A stretch of DNA of 56,350 nucleotides, counting the filler, from Platydemus manokwari (lineage: Eukaryota): the NCBI GenBank assembly GCA_037951405.1. It is 4 parts of 4 records of this genome, joined end to end, with 100 filler letters (N's around TTAATTAATTAA, not from the genome) between each part and the next. Parts side by side here need not be neighbours in the genome. Positions count along the whole stretch, not along the records: positions 42,638 to 56,350 come from JBBMOY011639181.1; 3 more parts are not named here. One strand, 5' to 3'. The notes under the pieces are model-generated. The model searched no databases. It saw nothing but the letters and a program-made list of their open reading frames with translations, and was not told the DNA's origin. Shown here piece by piece: positions 52,836-56,350 of the stretch (position 1 is its first letter; each line of letters opens with the position of its first letter). The position numbers and the translations under genes are program-made.

Positions 52836-55319
52836 CTTTCTTATAACGTGAAGGTCTTCATGTTATACGAGTGTATTGAATGGAACTCAAAAAACAAAGT
52901 AATCTGCTTTTATAATACAAATGGCACTATAATTGTATTGATTTTCTGATGAAAACATCCCGAATTAGAATTTAATAAACAACTTATTTAAATTTGATGA
53001 ATTTTATTGTTGATAAGTCTTCAAAAATGTGATGGACACGTGTTTCTATAAGTTATTGAAACTATATAAATCTGATTGGTGTTTGGTCATTTATGACTCA
53101 TCTGATTCCAAATATCGAATTTCGTAAAAGAAATGGATATTTTTTTCATTGTGGATAAAATAGTAGATTTAATCATTTGATTTTTCGGATGCGAATAAAG
53201 TACTACAAAGGTCAATTTTTTATTTATTTAAAAGTGATCGAATTGCAAAGTACGAAATAAATCAATATGTTTTTAAAAATTTATTTACATAAAAGAATCC
53301 AGTGATATCAGCCAAAATAAATAAATGTATACGAATAAATTGAGTACTTGTTTTGTAAAAGATTTTCTGATGATTTATACAAATTTGGCCAATAAGTTTA
53401 ATCAGTATTGCAAATAAAATTATGATCTAATAGCCAGAAAATAATGGTTTGTTGTAATCTAATTCTGCTGACAGAAAGAATGATATTTAAGTTCATAATT
53501 TCATAAATTTCAATTAATAAATTGTAATCAGAATTTTTATTTATTTCATTTTCAGGTAATTTGATGACAAAATTTTAATTAAGTTTAGGATGGTTTAATA
53601 TGAATTTTGATTGAAATAGGTTTTGGTTTTTGTTTTTAATTTCCTTATAAATGTATTTTATTAACAATAAAAACGGATTCAAAATATTTAAAAACATCTA
53701 TTTCACATTAATGATTATTGTTAGAAATATTGAGAGTACAGTTGTAAGAGTAAATACCAAAACATTATTGTTCTGAAACGCATGTACTAGATATTTCAGA
53801 AATGTGCAAAAATCACTTAATTACACAATCAGTCCTCAGACGCGTTCACCACGTATGAATATGATTTAGGAAAATGCAATGCATTACAATATCGAATCAG
53901 TAAATATATATATTTGTAGACATTTCCACAATTTATTTATATTTAGTTTTATTATTTTAATACTCACTTGTTCAAATTAAAACAATATAGTAAAACAATA
54001 TAAATATAAAAAAAATTAATTCTGTTATATTTTTATTATTAAATATTATTAATTTTGATTTTAAATTCTATTAATATTAGAAATAGCCACTACTTTATAA
54101 AGTACGTATTGAAAATCACCGCAGAGTCGATTACAAAATCAAATTTAACTACAATTACTTAAACAAATTAATTGATTATTATAATAGACTATTAATTTAT
54201 AAAATCTTTTAAATTTAAATATCAAAATCCTCACCAATTATAAATTAAATATATGAAGCCAAATACCGATCTACGTATCTACTATACAATCATCAAATTC
54301 CCTTCAAATCGATATTGATGGAATTTAATGACGTATTTACTAATCATTTTTGCTGAATTAAACTTGATATACTACTATTAATATTACCGATCCGTAGTGT
54401 TTAAATTTGTAAAATTCAAGTATTGTGCAATATATTTTTATTTTTCACTTGCATTTTCTGGAAGATTGATTAAAAATAATAAAAATTATTTAATCTAAAA
54501 ATTATTGAAGTTAAATATCAACCAAAACTCATATATACTTAATTAGTAGAACCGATAAAAAGAGCTTTATCAACCGCAATAAACCAGTATGGCAAATAAA
54601 GGAAGTAAACCTTAAATAATAATATTGTCACTATTTCTTTTATTATTTGTATGGGATTGTGGGTTTTTGTTATTTTATTTCTGCGTTGGTTCTCTGAGGG
54701 TTTAGATAGCTCGTATGGGGAGGAAGTTACCGGAAACTATGCTGAAGTTATTTAAAGGTTATGACAATAATTATATTGATTGTTACAACAAGGAGTTGAC
54801 TATCCCGTTGTAGCTAGTGATTTTCACTCTTTTTCAAAGTAATATACCAATAGTTAATAAATCAATAATTATTAAGGTAATGATTAATAATGCGATGTTG
54901 GTTTTAAAATTTTATTTAGGAAAACGATAAAAACAGCGAACAATAAAACAACAAAAATATTTTGTAAAATTGTGCAGCGCACTTTGAAAGTAGTTTGCTG
55001 CCTGATATCCAAAATACAGAATACCGGATAAGCGACAAAAGGGATCGACAATAATTAAAAGTTAATTATAAATTAATTAAATTATAGTTAATTAAACGAT
55101 GCGTGTGAACTTGAAATTGACCTCGTCTAAAGATCTCGGACGCGTAGAAAATCGGTAACTTTCGTCAGATAAGTTGTAGTGATTTTGTGTTTGTTTATTT
55201 CTCAAACTATCGTTTGGATTTATAGTTTTGTTTTTGGTACCATTCGTATGATAGCGTCATTTTATATTCTATATTAAAAATTCATTTATACCGCATAATT
55301 ACCGTTACTGTTTTTATTT

Positions 55320-55460
55320 TCTTTTGTTATATGGTTTGTTCGCCTTTTTTTCGATCAGATTAGATCAGATTTCATAGAATATTGTATGTTGCTATTTTTA
55401 TTTTTCCTTTGTTATATGATCTGTTCTTCTTTTTTCCGATCTGTTTAGATCAGATGTTTT
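55320..55460. repeat. Imperfect tandem duplication, about 85-bp period
   Basis: TTTGTTATATG...TGTTC...CTTTTTT..CGATC.G.TTAGATCAGAT occurs at about 55323 and about 55408. Confidence 0.7.
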
Positions 55461-56350
55461 GTTTTTATATAAACTCTTTTCCATATATTGTACTATTATT
55501 ATTATTGCTGTTATTATTATTATTATTATTAATATTATTGTTAAGTTTAGAACTACTCTAACTTAACCGTTCGGTCTTATTCTCCTAATCTTGTTGGTGG
55601 TCAAATTCTGTTGCGCAATAAGTAAAAACAAAAACATGTTTCTGACTAAGATATATTTATAATACATTTTACATCAAAAATAACGTTTAGATAACAAGGC
55701 CCTATAAAGTTATACTAATAATACGAGGACCAAGTCCCGATACTTCTTCTGAATACATAATCTCAGAATCTACTCCTGGCTAATATCACAGTAAAATACA
55801 CTACTATACTAATTAGCGCATTGGTAATAAAAAATACCTTCTAAAATACTTTTAATCCTCTACTACAACATCCTACCTTTCGAAGTCTCCAGCTGAATGA
55901 ACGAAAACAAAGAGCTAGCTCGCTCTTTTTATACATAATTTCTCCATGCACATCCCTTCTGTGTGCATCATGTTGTTCATACTTACTTCAGCATGAACGT
56001 TCTATTTATTTATTTTAATTACCGGAAATAGGCGGTAATTGTTATTGTTATCTGCAAATTTCATATTTGCACTACTTCGATAACCTCTTAAATTAATATT
56101 TAATTTAACCTTTCAAATATTTTATTTTTAATGTCGCGTTTTAATTAATAGTAATATAATTTTATTTTGTATAATTATCTTCTGGATAATATTACGTATT
56201 ATCAAATTGCATTTACTTGTTTACTTTTTATTTATCTTTCCTTTTATTTGATTTATTTTATGTTGCTTATTTTTGATCTTATCATTACCATTTTAATGTT
56301 ATTATTATTATATTTCATTCTTATACTATTGTTATTCTGTTGTGGCTATG

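Overview
Very AT-rich, intron-containing animal genomic DNA. The composition, many 40-60 nt introns and mariner-bordered gaps suggest a planarian such as Schmidtea, but that is inferred and not proven. Manual splicing recovers six host genes: ABITRAM/FAM206A (-), core-binding factor beta (+), katanin p80 KATNB1 (-, 5' exons missing), an integrin alpha (-, about 1043 aa), a small CFAP107-like ciliary gene (-), and an intronless, predicted N-myristoylated protein carrying an ACK/TNK2-type tandem UBA module without a kinase (-). Mobile DNA includes mariner ends at all three 100-bp assembly gaps, a hAT MITE with an 8-bp target-site duplication, a Ty3/gypsy RNase H relic and probable pogo/hAT relics. 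The most unusual feature is two diverged, decayed copies (about 32.5-35.7 kb on +, about 42.8-47.2 kb on -) of one LTR-element family. Both show LTR, primer-binding site, gag with three CCHC knuckles, an unrecognised region of about 450 aa, and a chuvirus-like/class III envelope glycoprotein, apparently once a single reading frame. Neither copy has a recognisable protease, RT or integrase between gag and env.
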